From an uncultured Anaerolineales bacterium (GTDB lineage Bacteria; Chloroflexota; Anaerolineae; Anaerolineales; UBA11858): 24,000 nt of DNA. Shown here in pieces: positions 7,356-16,104 of this stretch. Location of the stretch: assembly GCA_964532455.1 (NCBI GenBank), contig CAZHHT010000011.1, positions 1 through 24,000 on the forward strand, written 5' to 3'. The translations under genes and the position numbers were made by a program. The notes beneath the pieces are model-generated. The model saw nothing but the letters and a program-made list of their open reading frames with translations. It made no database searches and was not told the origin of the DNA. Positions within the stretch are counted from its first letter, which is position 1. Each line of letters opens with the position of its first letter.

Positions 7356-9116
7356 TCACATCACTTTCGGAGCTTCAATACCTAATAAGTTTAAACCAGC
7401 TGAAAGGACAATCCGGGAGGCTTCCACCAGCTGAAGCCTAAAATCCCGTATTTCCGGGTCGGCTGTTAATACCGGAGCTTGTCGATAAAAAGCATTAAAA
7501 GACCGTGCCACTTCATATAAAGCATGGGTGAGGTGAAGCGGTTTGTACTCCCGGGCAGCGTTCTGAATTACCGCCGGGAATTGAGAGATGTTTTCGATCA
7601 GAGATACTTCTGTCGGATCAAGCTCATAAACCGGGTCAATGGCAGCAGATGGCAGGCCATCTGCTTTTTTTAGGATGCTGTTTGCCCTCACATGAGCGTA
7701 TTGGATATAGGGAGCAGCCTGGCCATTAAAGTCGAGGGCAGTTTCCCAATCAAAGGTGACGATCCGGGTATTTTCCCTATCCAATATGGGGAATTTTATT
7801 GCGCCCAATCCAACTGCCCGGGCTATCTCTTTTTTATCTTCCTGGCTGAGACCTGGATTTTTCTCTTCAACTACTTCCAGCGCCCGGGATTTTGCTTCTC
7901 TGATTAAATCTTCCAGGAGCACAACGGTCCCTTCCCTGGAAGCCATCACCACATTTCCCGGCAGGTTGACCAGTTCGTAAGACAAATGTTCCAGGTTTTC
8001 AGCCCAGGAGAATCCGGCAATCTCGAGTGTTTTCCATACCTGTTGAAAATGCAGCGACTGGCGGACGTCAACCACATAGATAGATTTATCAAGCGGATAT
8101 TCCTCAAACTTCAATTTGGCCAGGGCCATCTCTTCCGTGGCGTAGAGGGCAGTGTCATCTGATCTTAAAATCACCAGCACCCGGTATTTTTCCTTCTTTA
8201 ATCCCAGCAGATCGTCCAGCCGGACAATAACTGCATCATCCGGGCGTAAGTCTTCCGCAATCCCTTTCTTGATTAACTCATCCACCATTTCCTTGCCTTG
8301 AAATTCCACCTCGCTGTTGGCATAAAAACGGTCAAAATGAATATCAAGCACTTCATATAAATCGTGGAATCCATCCACGGACCATTGGCGGGTTTGTTTC
8401 CACAAATCCACAATTTCCGGTTCCTGCCGGTCCCATCTGCCATATAGTTCCCTGATTTCAGATTCCAACCCGGGATTTTCTTCCAACCGGCGGTTAGCTT
8501 CAGCATAAAGATCGCCCATCCAGCGGGTTGCATCTGCTGGGGGCATTTCTCCAGAATGGAACTTTTGATAATTCCAAAGCCATTTGATTACATGCAGTCC
8601 CATATCACCGTAATAGTTAGCCCGGATCACATCATAGCCGGCAAATTCCAGGATCCGGCAAACCGCGTCTCCCAGGATGGCAGATCTCAGGTGTCCTACA
8701 TGAAAAGCTTTATGGGTATTTGGCTGGGAAAATTCCACCATCAGGGTTCTTCCCTTAGGGTCTCCCTTCCCAAAAAGATCGGCTGTTAAAACAGTATTTA
8801 CAACCCGGACGCTGAATAAACGGGGATCAAAATACAGATTCAGGTAACCGCCTGCAGCTTCAATCCGGGAAAAATATTCTTGGGGGGGAAGATTATCCGC
8901 TGCCAGCCGGGCGATTTCCTCTGCCCGTTGGGGAACATTCAGGGATTTCCCCTTTTTTGCTTCCAACGTAGCAACTTTAAAAAATGAAGTGGAAATGCCC
9001 CATTCACCAGAAAATGGTACAGGGACCCATCCCAGATCTTCCGGAAGGGGGATAGAGTTCTCTTTAAATATAGTATAGATCTGCTGCTCTACTTGTTTCT
9101 GTTCTTCCTGGAACAT
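7356..9116 (-). CDS. argS: Arginine--tRNA ligase
   Basis: 586 aa. Class I HIGH motif (AFHVGHLRS). The N-terminal Arg-tRNA-binding and C-terminal DALR anticodon-binding layout, ending in M, is typical of ArgRS. Confidence 0.95.
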   Translation of the reverse strand: MFQEEQKQVEQQIYTIFKENSIPLPEDLGWVPVPFSGEWGISTSFFKVATLEAKKGKSLNVPQRAEEIARLAADNLPPQEYFSRIEAAGGYLNLYFDPRLFSVRVVNTVLTADLFGKGDPKGRTLMVEFSQPNTHKAFHVGHLRSAILGDAVCRILEFAGYDVIRANYYGDMGLHVIKWLWNYQKFHSGEMPPADATRWMGDLYAEANRRLEENPGLESEIRELYGRWDRQEPEIVDLWKQTRQWSVDGFHDLYEVLDIHFDRFYANSEVEFQGKEMVDELIKKGIAEDLRPDDAVIVRLDDLLGLKKEKYRVLVILRSDDTALYATEEMALAKLKFEEYPLDKSIYVVDVRQSLHFQQVWKTLEIAGFSWAENLEHLSYELVNLPGNVVMASREGTVVLLEDLIREAKSRALEVVEEKNPGLSQEDKKEIARAVGLGAIKFPILDRENTRIVTFDWETALDFNGQAAPYIQYAHVRANSILKKADGLPSAAIDPVYELDPTEVSLIENISQFPAVIQNAAREYKPLHLTHALYEVARSFNAFYRQAPVLTADPEIRDFRLQLVEASRIVLSAGLNLLGIEAPKVM

Positions 9117-9190
9117 ATAGCTGCTCGAGAAATAATAATGATTTTTATAATCTGTGTCTTCAGCTGGATTTTCAACAGGCTCGCACCGAG

Positions 9191-9199
9191 ATTATATCA
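9191..9199 (-). promoter_or_regulatory. Candidate extended -10 element upstream of argS
   Basis: Minus strand reads TGATATAAT (TGn + consensus TATAAT), about 75 nt upstream of the argS ATG. No good -35. Confidence 0.3.
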
Positions 9200-9213
9200 T
9201 GATGGTTCCCGAT

Positions 9214-9247
9214 GAAAACAAAAAGCGGGAGCAGTTAAAGCTCCCGC
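9214..9247 (-). terminator. Rho-independent terminator of rpsT
   Basis: Minus strand: GCGGGAGC-tttaact-GCTCCCGC followed by TTTTTGTTTT. Confidence 0.75.
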
Positions 9248-9274
9248 CGGGTTTACTAATTAAACCTGTTGGGT

Positions 9275-9544
9275 TTAGGCGCTTTTTTCCAGGGCTGCTA
9301 AACGGGTCATAAGCCGGCCTTTTCTACGTGAGGCATTATTTTTATGAATAACACCTTTCGCAGCAGCTTTATCAAGTGCTTTTACTGCAGCTGCGGTAGC
9401 TTCCTGAGCGGATTCCAGGTTTTGTTCTTCAATCTCAATAAACGCTTTCTTTACCAGCGTTCGGGCCCGGCTCTTATAGGACCGATTCCGTAATCTGCGT
9501 TTTTCGTTCTGTCGTTCTCTTTTTTGTGATGATTTTAAGCCCAA
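9275..9544 (-). CDS. rpsT: 30S ribosomal protein S20
   Basis: KSSQKRERQNEKRRLRNRSYKSRARTLVKK and the C-terminal KGVIHKNNASRRKGRL pattern. Start set at TTG 9544, preceded by GGAGG at 7-nt spacing, giving 89 aa. The ORF-track ATG at 9571 has no RBS. Confidence 0.85.
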   Translation of the reverse strand: MGLKSSQKRERQNEKRRLRNRSYKSRARTLVKKAFIEIEEQNLESAQEATAAAVKALDKAAAKGVIHKNNASRRKGRLMTRLAALEKSA

Positions 9545-9592
9545 AGTAATTCCTCCAATCAATAACTTCATTTCCCAACAATATCCGGGAGT

Positions 9593-9601
9593 ATTTTATC
9601 A
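9593..9601 (-). promoter_or_regulatory. Candidate extended -10 element for rpsT
   Basis: Minus strand reads TGATAAAAT, about 50 nt upstream of the TTG start. Confidence 0.3.
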
Positions 9602-9874
9602 TAAATTTGGTTTGTTTCTTCGAAGGGACATTTTAAAGGAAGGAAGGGTTTTTGTCTACCCCTTTGGTTTTTGTGTTAAGCCCAATTCAATCCCACATTT
9701 TTTCAAATCTACTGAAATAATTTAATGACAATATTTTCTATCGATAATTCAAACATCTTACCGAAACATTAAATCTATTCAAGTGCTATAGATTGACAGA
9801 TGTGAGTTGCTGATTGAAATTCCCATGAAAGGGTTCACTATAGTGGATTTTTAGATCAATCTTACTCAATTGTA

Positions 9875-9903
9875 TTGACATACGAACATAATTTTTGTAT
9901 TAT
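9875..9903 (+). promoter_or_regulatory. Promoter of the DeoR/sgc-like operon
   Basis: Consensus TTGACA (9875-9880), 17-nt spacer, TATTAT (9898-9903) with TG just upstream. 35 nt before the ATG at 9938. Confidence 0.55.
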
Positions 9904-9937
9904 ATAAACATATTCAATCATCTACGGGTATTTTCGT

Positions 9938-10726
9938 ATGCTAATTGAAGAACGGAAAACCAGGATTCTGGAATATATAACTGAGCATGGAAATATCAAG
10001 ATCCAGGAAATCTGTGCAATGTTTGGGATTTCCGATATGACTGCGCGGAGAGATTTAAATGATCTCAACCGAAAAGGGCTTGTTCGTCGTATTCATGGTG
10101 GTGCAGTTACCAATCTGGGACGCAGTTATGAACCCGGCTTTCAAACCCGCTCTATGAAAAACGAACTCAAAAAAAAGGCCATTGGAATAAAATCGGCAGA
10201 ACTTATTTATGACGGGGACAGTATCTCCCTTGATGTAGGTACAACTGCCCTGGAAGTTGCCCGACAACTGGTAGAAAAAAGAAATTTGACAATTGTTACA
10301 AATTGTCTGCAGATTGCCAATTTACTTGTGAGTTCTTTAAGTCTTGAAATGGATGCCCGCCTGATCATCACCGGGGGAATTGTCAGACCCAGGGAACTAT
10401 CCATGATCGGAAACATCCCTCAGGATGTTTACTCCAACTATCATACAGATAAAGCTTTTATCGGGATAGGCGGAATCAGTTTAGAAAATGGACTGACAGA
10501 ATATAACATAGAGGACTCCCAGATCAAGAAGGTTCTCCTCCGAAATTCCCTAGAAAAGATCATCGTTGCTGACAGTAGCAAATTTGGTGTGACCACATTC
10601 AATTCAGTAGGACCCATTGAGGCAGTTGACACAATTGTTACCGACTCAGACGCTCCAGAACACCTGGTAGAAGCCATCCGAAATCTGGGAATAAATGTAA
10701 TCTTGACAGATATTAATCCGGTTTAA
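9938..10726 (+). CDS. DeoR-family transcriptional regulator (SgcR-like)
   Basis: N-terminal DeoR HTH (RILEYITEHGNIKIQEICAMFGISDMTARRDLNDL) plus a C-terminal DeoR sugar-phosphate-binding domain. 262 aa. Confidence 0.9.
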   Translation: MLIEERKTRILEYITEHGNIKIQEICAMFGISDMTARRDLNDLNRKGLVRRIHGGAVTNLGRSYEPGFQTRSMKNELKKKAIGIKSAELIYDGDSISLDVGTTALEVARQLVEKRNLTIVTNCLQIANLLVSSLSLEMDARLIITGGIVRPRELSMIGNIPQDVYSNYHTDKAFIGIGGISLENGLTEYNIEDSQIKKVLLRNSLEKIIVADSSKFGVTTFNSVGPIEAVDTIVTDSDAPEHLVEAIRNLGINVILTDINPV

Positions 10727-10736
10727 GGAGTGAATC

Positions 10737-11255
10737 ATGGAACTGATTTTTGACCCACAAACCACAACCGCCTCTAAAGTTCAAGCAGAAAAAATAGAAA
10801 CTTATGTGATCTTTCGCGAATATATCCTCAAACCCCCTCATGAGGATGAGCACCTGCGGCACATTCTGCGTTTTTATATCGCCCGGGCGATGTTAAAACA
10901 GGAAATTAATGACATCTATATCCTGCCGGATGTACAGGTTGGGGAGGAAACACTCCAGGTTGATGTACTCGGAATAAAAAACGGTAAAGTCACGCTGTCG
11001 ATTTGTGAACCAAAATCAATAACTCCAGAGACAGAAGACCTGCTGGAAATACTAAAGGATGTAGACAATATTGAGGTTGTGGTAGTCCATTCCCAATATG
11101 GAAAAACGGGAAATGTGGAATCAAAATTCGCATCCCAAATCGAAACCGGTAAATTCAGAGTCATGGCTGTAGTACCACCACCATTTGATGATACCTTTGA
11201 ATATGATATCTGGATGTTTGATTTGACGTTTAGGGATTTATTTGCAGGAGAATAA
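10737..11255 (+). CDS. Hypothetical protein, possible PD-(D/E)xK nuclease-like fold
   Basis: Strong SD (AAGGAG, 7-nt spacing). 10 nt after the regulator gene and 3 nt before the IIB gene. Motif layout is helix with E (HEDEHLRH), then LQVDVLGI (D), then TLSICEPK (E-x-K). I recognise no family match. Confidence 0.6.
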   Translation: MELIFDPQTTTASKVQAEKIETYVIFREYILKPPHEDEHLRHILRFYIARAMLKQEINDIYILPDVQVGEETLQVDVLGIKNGKVTLSICEPKSITPETEDLLEILKDVDNIEVVVVHSQYGKTGNVESKFASQIETGKFRVMAVVPPPFDDTFEYDIWMFDLTFRDLFAGE

Positions 11256-11258
11256 CCC

Positions 11259-11579
11259 ATGGATAAAAATTTCGTACAGAGCAGAATATATACCATTGTG
11301 GTTTCTTGTGGCACTGCCATCGCTACATCAACCCATGTGGCGCTTAAGCTAAAAGAAATTCTCCCGGAGAGGGGTTTTCAAATTCATACTATTCAATGTC
11401 GGGTCTCGGAAGTTCCGGATTATGCAGACCAAGCTGATCTGGTTGTTACCACTGCACAGGTTCCTTATGATCTTAATATTCCTGTCATTAACGGACTTCC
11501 CTTTTTAACCGGAGTAGGAATTAAGGAGGTGATTGAGGAAATCATAGTAAAGCTCAGCGCAGGAGAGAAGAATCAATAA
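11259..11579 (+). CDS. PTS galactitol-type EIIB component (GatB/SgcB-like)
   Basis: Phospho-Cys loop VVSCGTAIATST. IQCRVSEV and GLPFLTGVGI align with recalled E. coli GatB. Confidence 0.85.
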   Translation: MDKNFVQSRIYTIVVSCGTAIATSTHVALKLKEILPERGFQIHTIQCRVSEVPDYADQADLVVTTAQVPYDLNIPVINGLPFLTGVGIKEVIEEIIVKLSAGEKNQ

Positions 11580-11607
11580 TCTATCTTTTTGTTGAAAGGA
11601 GAACTAA

Positions 11608-12906
11608 ATGGAAGTCATTCAATCTATCTTTAATTTTTTGACAGGGCTCGGATCACCTGTCATGCTGCCCATTATCATTTTTGTTTTGGGGATAATTTTG
11701 GGGCAGAAGGTACAGAAGGCTTTAGTTTCATCTGTCACTGTCGGCGTCGGTTTCATCGGTTTGGGTCTCGTGATTGGCCTGCTGTTTGAAGCTTTGGGAC
11801 CGGCCACTGCTCGCCTAGTGGAATCCACTGGAATCCAACTGGTCTCCGTAGACGTCGGTTGGGGCGTGGCAGCTGCAATCGCCTTTGGCACATCGGTGGG
11901 TTCGCTGGTATTCATTGTTGCTCTCAGTGTTAATATCGTCATGCTGCTCCTGAACTGGACCAAAACCCTTAACGTTGACATGTGGAACTACTGGCACTAT
12001 GCCTTCACTGGCTCGCTTGTATATCTAGTCACCGGTGGTTCTTTAGCGTTGGGTTTGATCGCGGCAGCCATTCACGCAGCAGTTTCTCTGCTAATCGGTG
12101 ATTGGACTGCGAAGGATGTCCAGGCTTTCTTTAAAATTCCAGGCGTCTCCATCCCTCAGGGTTGGGCTGTCACGAGTGTCCCAATCATTAAGGGATTAGA
12201 CTGGATTATTGAGAAGATCCCTGGATTGCGGGACATTAACTGGGATTCTGAAACTATTGAAAAAAAGCTGGGGGTATTCGGTAAACCGATCATTATGGGC
12301 ATCATCCTCGGTGCACTGTTTGGCATTATCGCTTATGGTTTCTACCCAGGAGAAATGACCTTTACCCAGGTTCTGGGAAAGATTCTCATGCTCGCAGTTC
12401 AAATGGCAGCCATTATGCTGCTTATCCCTCGCATCATCGCCATCTTCATGGAAGGACTCACTCCTCTATCTGAAGCTGCTCGAGTCTTTATGCAGAAGCG
12501 TTTTGCTGACAGGGAGTTCTACATTGGACTGGACTCTGCAATCCTGATCGGTCACCCGATCACCATAGCAGCCGCGATTATCTTGATTCCAATCACGTTG
12601 TTGCTGGCAGCAATCTTGCCCGGTAATACCACTCTGCCCGCTGCCGACCTGGCAGCCACAGCTTTCTTCATCGCCATGGTTCCTCCGCTGACAAAGGGCA
12701 ACTTCTTCCGCTCGCTCCTCTACGGCACCATCATTATGGTCATGGTGCTCTACATCGCGTCCTCGTTCGCCCCGTTGTTTACCCAAATCGCAGCGGATAT
12801 CGGCTTCGGCATCCCTGAAGGTGCCGTGCAGATTACCGGTCTATCCGGCGGAAACTGGATTGCCTGGATCCTGACCACTATCAGCCGTGTACTCTTTGGG
12901 GGATAA
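11608..12906 (+). CDS. PTS galactitol-type EIIC permease (GatC/SgcC-like, EIIC-GAT family)
   Basis: Multiple blocks shared with recalled E. coli GatC: VMLPI, GVGFIGLGLVIGL, VDVGW, LNVDMWNYWH, IEKIPG, MEGLTP, EFYIGLD, PGNTTLP..DLA. 432 aa, polytopic. Confidence 0.9.
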   Translation: MEVIQSIFNFLTGLGSPVMLPIIIFVLGIILGQKVQKALVSSVTVGVGFIGLGLVIGLLFEALGPATARLVESTGIQLVSVDVGWGVAAAIAFGTSVGSLVFIVALSVNIVMLLLNWTKTLNVDMWNYWHYAFTGSLVYLVTGGSLALGLIAAAIHAAVSLLIGDWTAKDVQAFFKIPGVSIPQGWAVTSVPIIKGLDWIIEKIPGLRDINWDSETIEKKLGVFGKPIIMGIILGALFGIIAYGFYPGEMTFTQVLGKILMLAVQMAAIMLLIPRIIAIFMEGLTPLSEAARVFMQKRFADREFYIGLDSAILIGHPITIAAAIILIPITLLLAAILPGNTTLPAADLAATAFFIAMVPPLTKGNFFRSLLYGTIIMVMVLYIASSFAPLFTQIAADIGFGIPEGAVQITGLSGGNWIAWILTTISRVLFGG

Positions 12907-12917
12907 ATTCACCAATC

Positions 12918-12950
12918 ATTAAGAGAAGGGGTTATCCCCCTTCTCTTAAT
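12918..12950 (+). other. Perfect 14-bp stem / 5-nt loop hairpin between the IIC and M42 genes
   Basis: ATTAAGAGAAGGGG-ttatc-CCCCTTCTCTTAAT. No directly adjacent U-tract; a T6 run lies 13 nt downstream. Confidence 0.7.
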
Positions 12951-12989
12951 TAGCAATTATTCTTTTTTGCAATCTTTCTAAAGGAAAAT

Positions 12990-14087
12990 ATGAGCCAATA
13001 CAACTGGAATCTACTTCAAGAATTATGTGGAATTCACGCCGTCTCCGGCCGGGAAGACTTAATGGTCAGAGCTATTAAAAATTTTGTTGAACCCCTAGCT
13101 GACAGCGTCAGTGTGGATCATTTGGGTAATGTCGTTGCCACCCTAAAAGGGAAGAAATACCCTGAACACAAACTAATGCTGCAGGCACACATGGATGAAC
13201 TTGGACTGATCATCCGGAATATCACTGAAGATGGCTTCCTGCTCATTGAGCGAGTGGGCGGAGTGCCTGAGAAAAGTTTATTAGGTCAGCGATTAGATAT
13301 TTTGACCGATGAGGGAAAGCTCATCCCGACCTATGTAGGAACTAAATCCCACCATATCACCACCCGGGATGAAAAGTTCAAAGTACCAAAAGTCCATGAT
13401 ATGTACCTTGATGTTGGTCTCTCCACCAAGGAGAAAGTGGAAAATGCTGGTATTCAAGTAGGTGATCCCGTAACGTATCATCCCAATTACAACCGTTTTG
13501 GTAATGGGTTTATTTGTTCCAAAGCTCTGGACAACCGGGTGAGCGTTTTTATATTATTGGAGCTTATGAAACGTTTTCATGATAAGCGTCCCGAATCAAC
13601 AGTGGTTTTCTCATTTACAGTTTTAGAAGAATTCAGCATCCGAGGTTCTTTACCAACAATCACTCTCACACAACCTAACGCGATTATTTCATTAGATATC
13701 ACAATCTCAGTAGACACCCCTTCGGATCCTCCACTACATCCAGTCAAAGCCGGTTTGGGCCCAGCAATTAAAATGATGGATTTTCACGGCCGGGGAACCC
13801 TGGGAGGGATGTTCTCCTCTCCAAAATTACGCAGGTTTATTGAAAGGAAAGCCAAAGATTCTGGAATCCCACTTCAGCGGGAAGTGATTGTTGGGGTGAT
13901 CACTGACCCTGCCTTCCAACTGTATTTGGGTGAAAAGGGTAACGTCATTGCCGGGATTTCCATCCCGCAAAGGTACACACATTCCCCAATCTCAATTTGT
14001 CATGAAAAAGATATCGGGCAAACTATAGAGCTGCTTGATAAAGTAACCAGAGATTTCTCACCGGACCTGGATTTAACCCGGGGATGA
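12990..14087 (+). CDS. M42-family metallopeptidase / endoglucanase-like protein (SgcX/FrvX-like)
   Basis: All expected metal/catalytic positions are present: QAHMDELG, KALDNRV, VLEEFS, ISLDIT, RYTHSP. 365 aa. Confidence 0.85.
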   Translation: MSQYNWNLLQELCGIHAVSGREDLMVRAIKNFVEPLADSVSVDHLGNVVATLKGKKYPEHKLMLQAHMDELGLIIRNITEDGFLLIERVGGVPEKSLLGQRLDILTDEGKLIPTYVGTKSHHITTRDEKFKVPKVHDMYLDVGLSTKEKVENAGIQVGDPVTYHPNYNRFGNGFICSKALDNRVSVFILLELMKRFHDKRPESTVVFSFTVLEEFSIRGSLPTITLTQPNAIISLDITISVDTPSDPPLHPVKAGLGPAIKMMDFHGRGTLGGMFSSPKLRRFIERKAKDSGIPLQREVIVGVITDPAFQLYLGEKGNVIAGISIPQRYTHSPISICHEKDIGQTIELLDKVTRDFSPDLDLTRG

Positions 14088-14109
14088 TTTTTAATCACGA
14101 GGAGTTTTT

Positions 14110-14922
14110 ATGAGTAACTGGTTAAAAGAGATGTTTAACGTTCACAAACCCATAATTGCCATGGTTCATATGCGCGCATTGCCAAGTGATCCACATTATG
14201 ATCAAGAGAAAGGACTAGAATGGATTTACGATCTGGCAAAAGCGGATCTGTCTGCCCTGCAGAATGGAGGTGTGGACGCGGTGATGTTTTCCAATGAATT
14301 CAGCCTGCCGTACCTCACCAAAGTGGAACCCATTACCACGGTCACTATGGCCAGCCTTATCGCCCAATTGAAATCCGAGCTCACGATTCCCTTTGGGGTG
14401 AACGTGCTTTGGGATCCAGTCGCGTCAATCGACTTAGCGGTTGCAACCGGTGGAAAATTTGTCCGGGAAATATTCACCGGTGTTTACGGGAGCGATTTTG
14501 GAATCTGGAACACTAATTGCGGAGAGGTGATCCGCCATCGGGCTGTTGTGGGAGGTCAAGGTATTCGTTTATTCTTTAACCTCGTCCCAGAGTCGGCTGC
14601 TTATCTTGGTAACCGAGAGATTGCCGATATCGCCCGGTCAACAGTCTTTAATGCAGAACCAGACGCTATTTGTGTCTCAGGATTAACGGCAGGAATAGAG
14701 ACCTCCACCCAGACGCTGAAAATTGTAAAAGAAGCCATACCTGATACATTTGTTTTTGCCAATACTGGTGTGAAACCTGAAAATGTGGCTGATCAGCTAG
14801 CTATTGCTGATGGAGCTATTATCGGAACTGCCTTTAAAATAGACAGCTTAACCTGGAATCCAGTCTCGGAAAAAAGGGTTGATAGTTTAATGAAAAAGAT
14901 CATTACTATCAGGAACAACTGA
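14110..14922 (+). CDS. BtpA/SgcQ-family TIM-barrel protein
   Basis: N-terminal KPIIAMVHMRALPSDP and overall length (270 aa) match the BtpA/SgcQ pattern. GAGGAG RBS. Confidence 0.75.
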   Translation: MSNWLKEMFNVHKPIIAMVHMRALPSDPHYDQEKGLEWIYDLAKADLSALQNGGVDAVMFSNEFSLPYLTKVEPITTVTMASLIAQLKSELTIPFGVNVLWDPVASIDLAVATGGKFVREIFTGVYGSDFGIWNTNCGEVIRHRAVVGGQGIRLFFNLVPESAAYLGNREIADIARSTVFNAEPDAICVSGLTAGIETSTQTLKIVKEAIPDTFVFANTGVKPENVADQLAIADGAIIGTAFKIDSLTWNPVSEKRVDSLMKKIITIRNN

Positions 14923-14926
14923 CTCG

Positions 14927-15583
14927 ATGGCAGGATTTCGTATTTCCCCCTCGCTTGCATCCGCTTCCTTCTTAGATTTAAAACAGTCTCTCAAAGAACT
15001 CGAACAAGCCGGCGTGGATTATATCCATTTTGACATTGAAGACGGCTCCTTTGTGCCCATTATGACACTGGGAACAAAAATTATCGCTGATCTCCGTCCG
15101 CTGACTGATTTGCCGTTTGATGTCCACCTCATGATGCATAATCCCGAGTGGATCATTCCAGACTTGATCAATTATGGGGCAGACCGAATCTCTGTACACT
15201 ATGAGGCTTGCCAATATCCCCGTCGCGTACTGAGAAGTATCACTGAACTGAGTGCAAAAGCCGGTCTGGCATTCAATCCGGCAACCCCCCTCCCGGATCT
15301 TTCCTATCTAACTCCTTATCTATCCTTTATAGTTATCCTAACATCTGAACCGGAAGGTCCTGATTGTCCTTATTTGCCGCAAATTCTAGAAAAAGTACGC
15401 GCGGGAAAAGAGAGCCTTTTCCTCAATGATTTAGAATGGGTCGTAGATGGAGGCATAAGCTCCCAAAACATTCAGGAAGTGCTTCAGGCTGGCGCGGACA
15501 CCGTGGTAGTAGGTCGTTCCGCATTCCGGGATGGTCAGATCAAGCAAAACATTCATACGCTCCGGGAATCTGCGGTAAAGTAA
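14927..15583 (+). CDS. Ribulose-phosphate 3-epimerase-family protein (SgcE/Rpe-like)
   Basis: ISPSLASASF, IHFDIEDGSFVP, DVHLMM and VDGGI correspond to the Rpe metal-binding and catalytic motifs. 218 aa. Confidence 0.85.
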   Translation: MAGFRISPSLASASFLDLKQSLKELEQAGVDYIHFDIEDGSFVPIMTLGTKIIADLRPLTDLPFDVHLMMHNPEWIIPDLINYGADRISVHYEACQYPRRVLRSITELSAKAGLAFNPATPLPDLSYLTPYLSFIVILTSEPEGPDCPYLPQILEKVRAGKESLFLNDLEWVVDGGISSQNIQEVLQAGADTVVVGRSAFRDGQIKQNIHTLRESAVK

Positions 15584-15680
15584 AAAAATAAGCGTTAAAC
15601 ATTAACATGTTGAAATAATCCTGAACATTTCTTTTGAAAACTTCTTTGAGTGTATGCCCCTACTAGAAAGCCCCTAAAGA

Positions 15681-15689
15681 TGTTATGAT
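15681..15689 (+). promoter_or_regulatory. Candidate extended -10 element for rnpB
   Basis: TGTTATGAT (TGn + TATGAT) ends 6 nt before the predicted 5' end of the RNase P RNA P1 stem. Confidence 0.3.
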
Positions 15690-15694
15690 GAAAT

Positions 15695-16104
15695 CCCCAG
15701 GTCAGCCAGGTGATTGCGCCCTGTTAGCAGGGCGAGGAAAGTCCGCACTCCAAAAAGCACGATGCCGGATAACGTCCGGGGCGGAGAGATCTGCCGGATC
15801 GGGCCACAGAAACATACCGCTCCTCCGGGAGTAAGGGTGAAATGGTGGTGTAAGAGACCACCGGCGCGGACAGTAATGTTCGCGGCCGGGCAACCCCCAT
15901 CGGGAGCAAGGCCAAACAGGGATGAACTCCTTCGGGAGTGGAGACTGCTCGTCTCCCTTGAATTCCAGGTAGGCTGCACCGAGGAGTACCGAGAGGTTCT
16001 CCCCAGACAGATAATCACCTCAGTGAAAAGAAGGGAGGAAGCCCTCCGGGGTGTAAACCGGAACCTTCACCAGACAGAATGCGGCTTATCAGCTGGCCTG
16101 GGGG
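15695..16104 (+). ncRNA. rnpB: RNase P RNA, bacterial type A
   Basis: Hallmark P4 strands GAGGAAAGTCCG (5') and ACAGAATGCGGCTTAT (3'). Other blocks: ACAGAAACATACCGC, GTAAGGGTGAAA, AGCAAGGCCAAA. P1 pairing is CCCCAGGTCAGC with GCTGGCCTGGGG. About 410 nt. Confidence 0.92.

Noticed and set aside
9117-9274. Possible T-box leader upstream of argS
   Set aside because: The candidate leader is only about 75 nt and lacks the T-box sequence and specifier-loop features. The hairpin in this region is the rpsT terminator.
10916-11320. 134-aa minus-strand ORF antisense to the unknown gene and the IIB gene
   Set aside because: It is antisense to two RBS-supported, tightly packed operon genes. It is S/T-rich and low-complexity, with no start context.
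11608-12906. Apparently higher GC in the IIC gene than in neighbouring operon genes, as a possible sign of mosaic acquisition
   Set aside because: This was judged by eye only. The bias is expected from the Gly/Ala/Leu/Val-rich composition of a polytopic membrane protein. It cannot be supported without computed GC3 and codon statistics.
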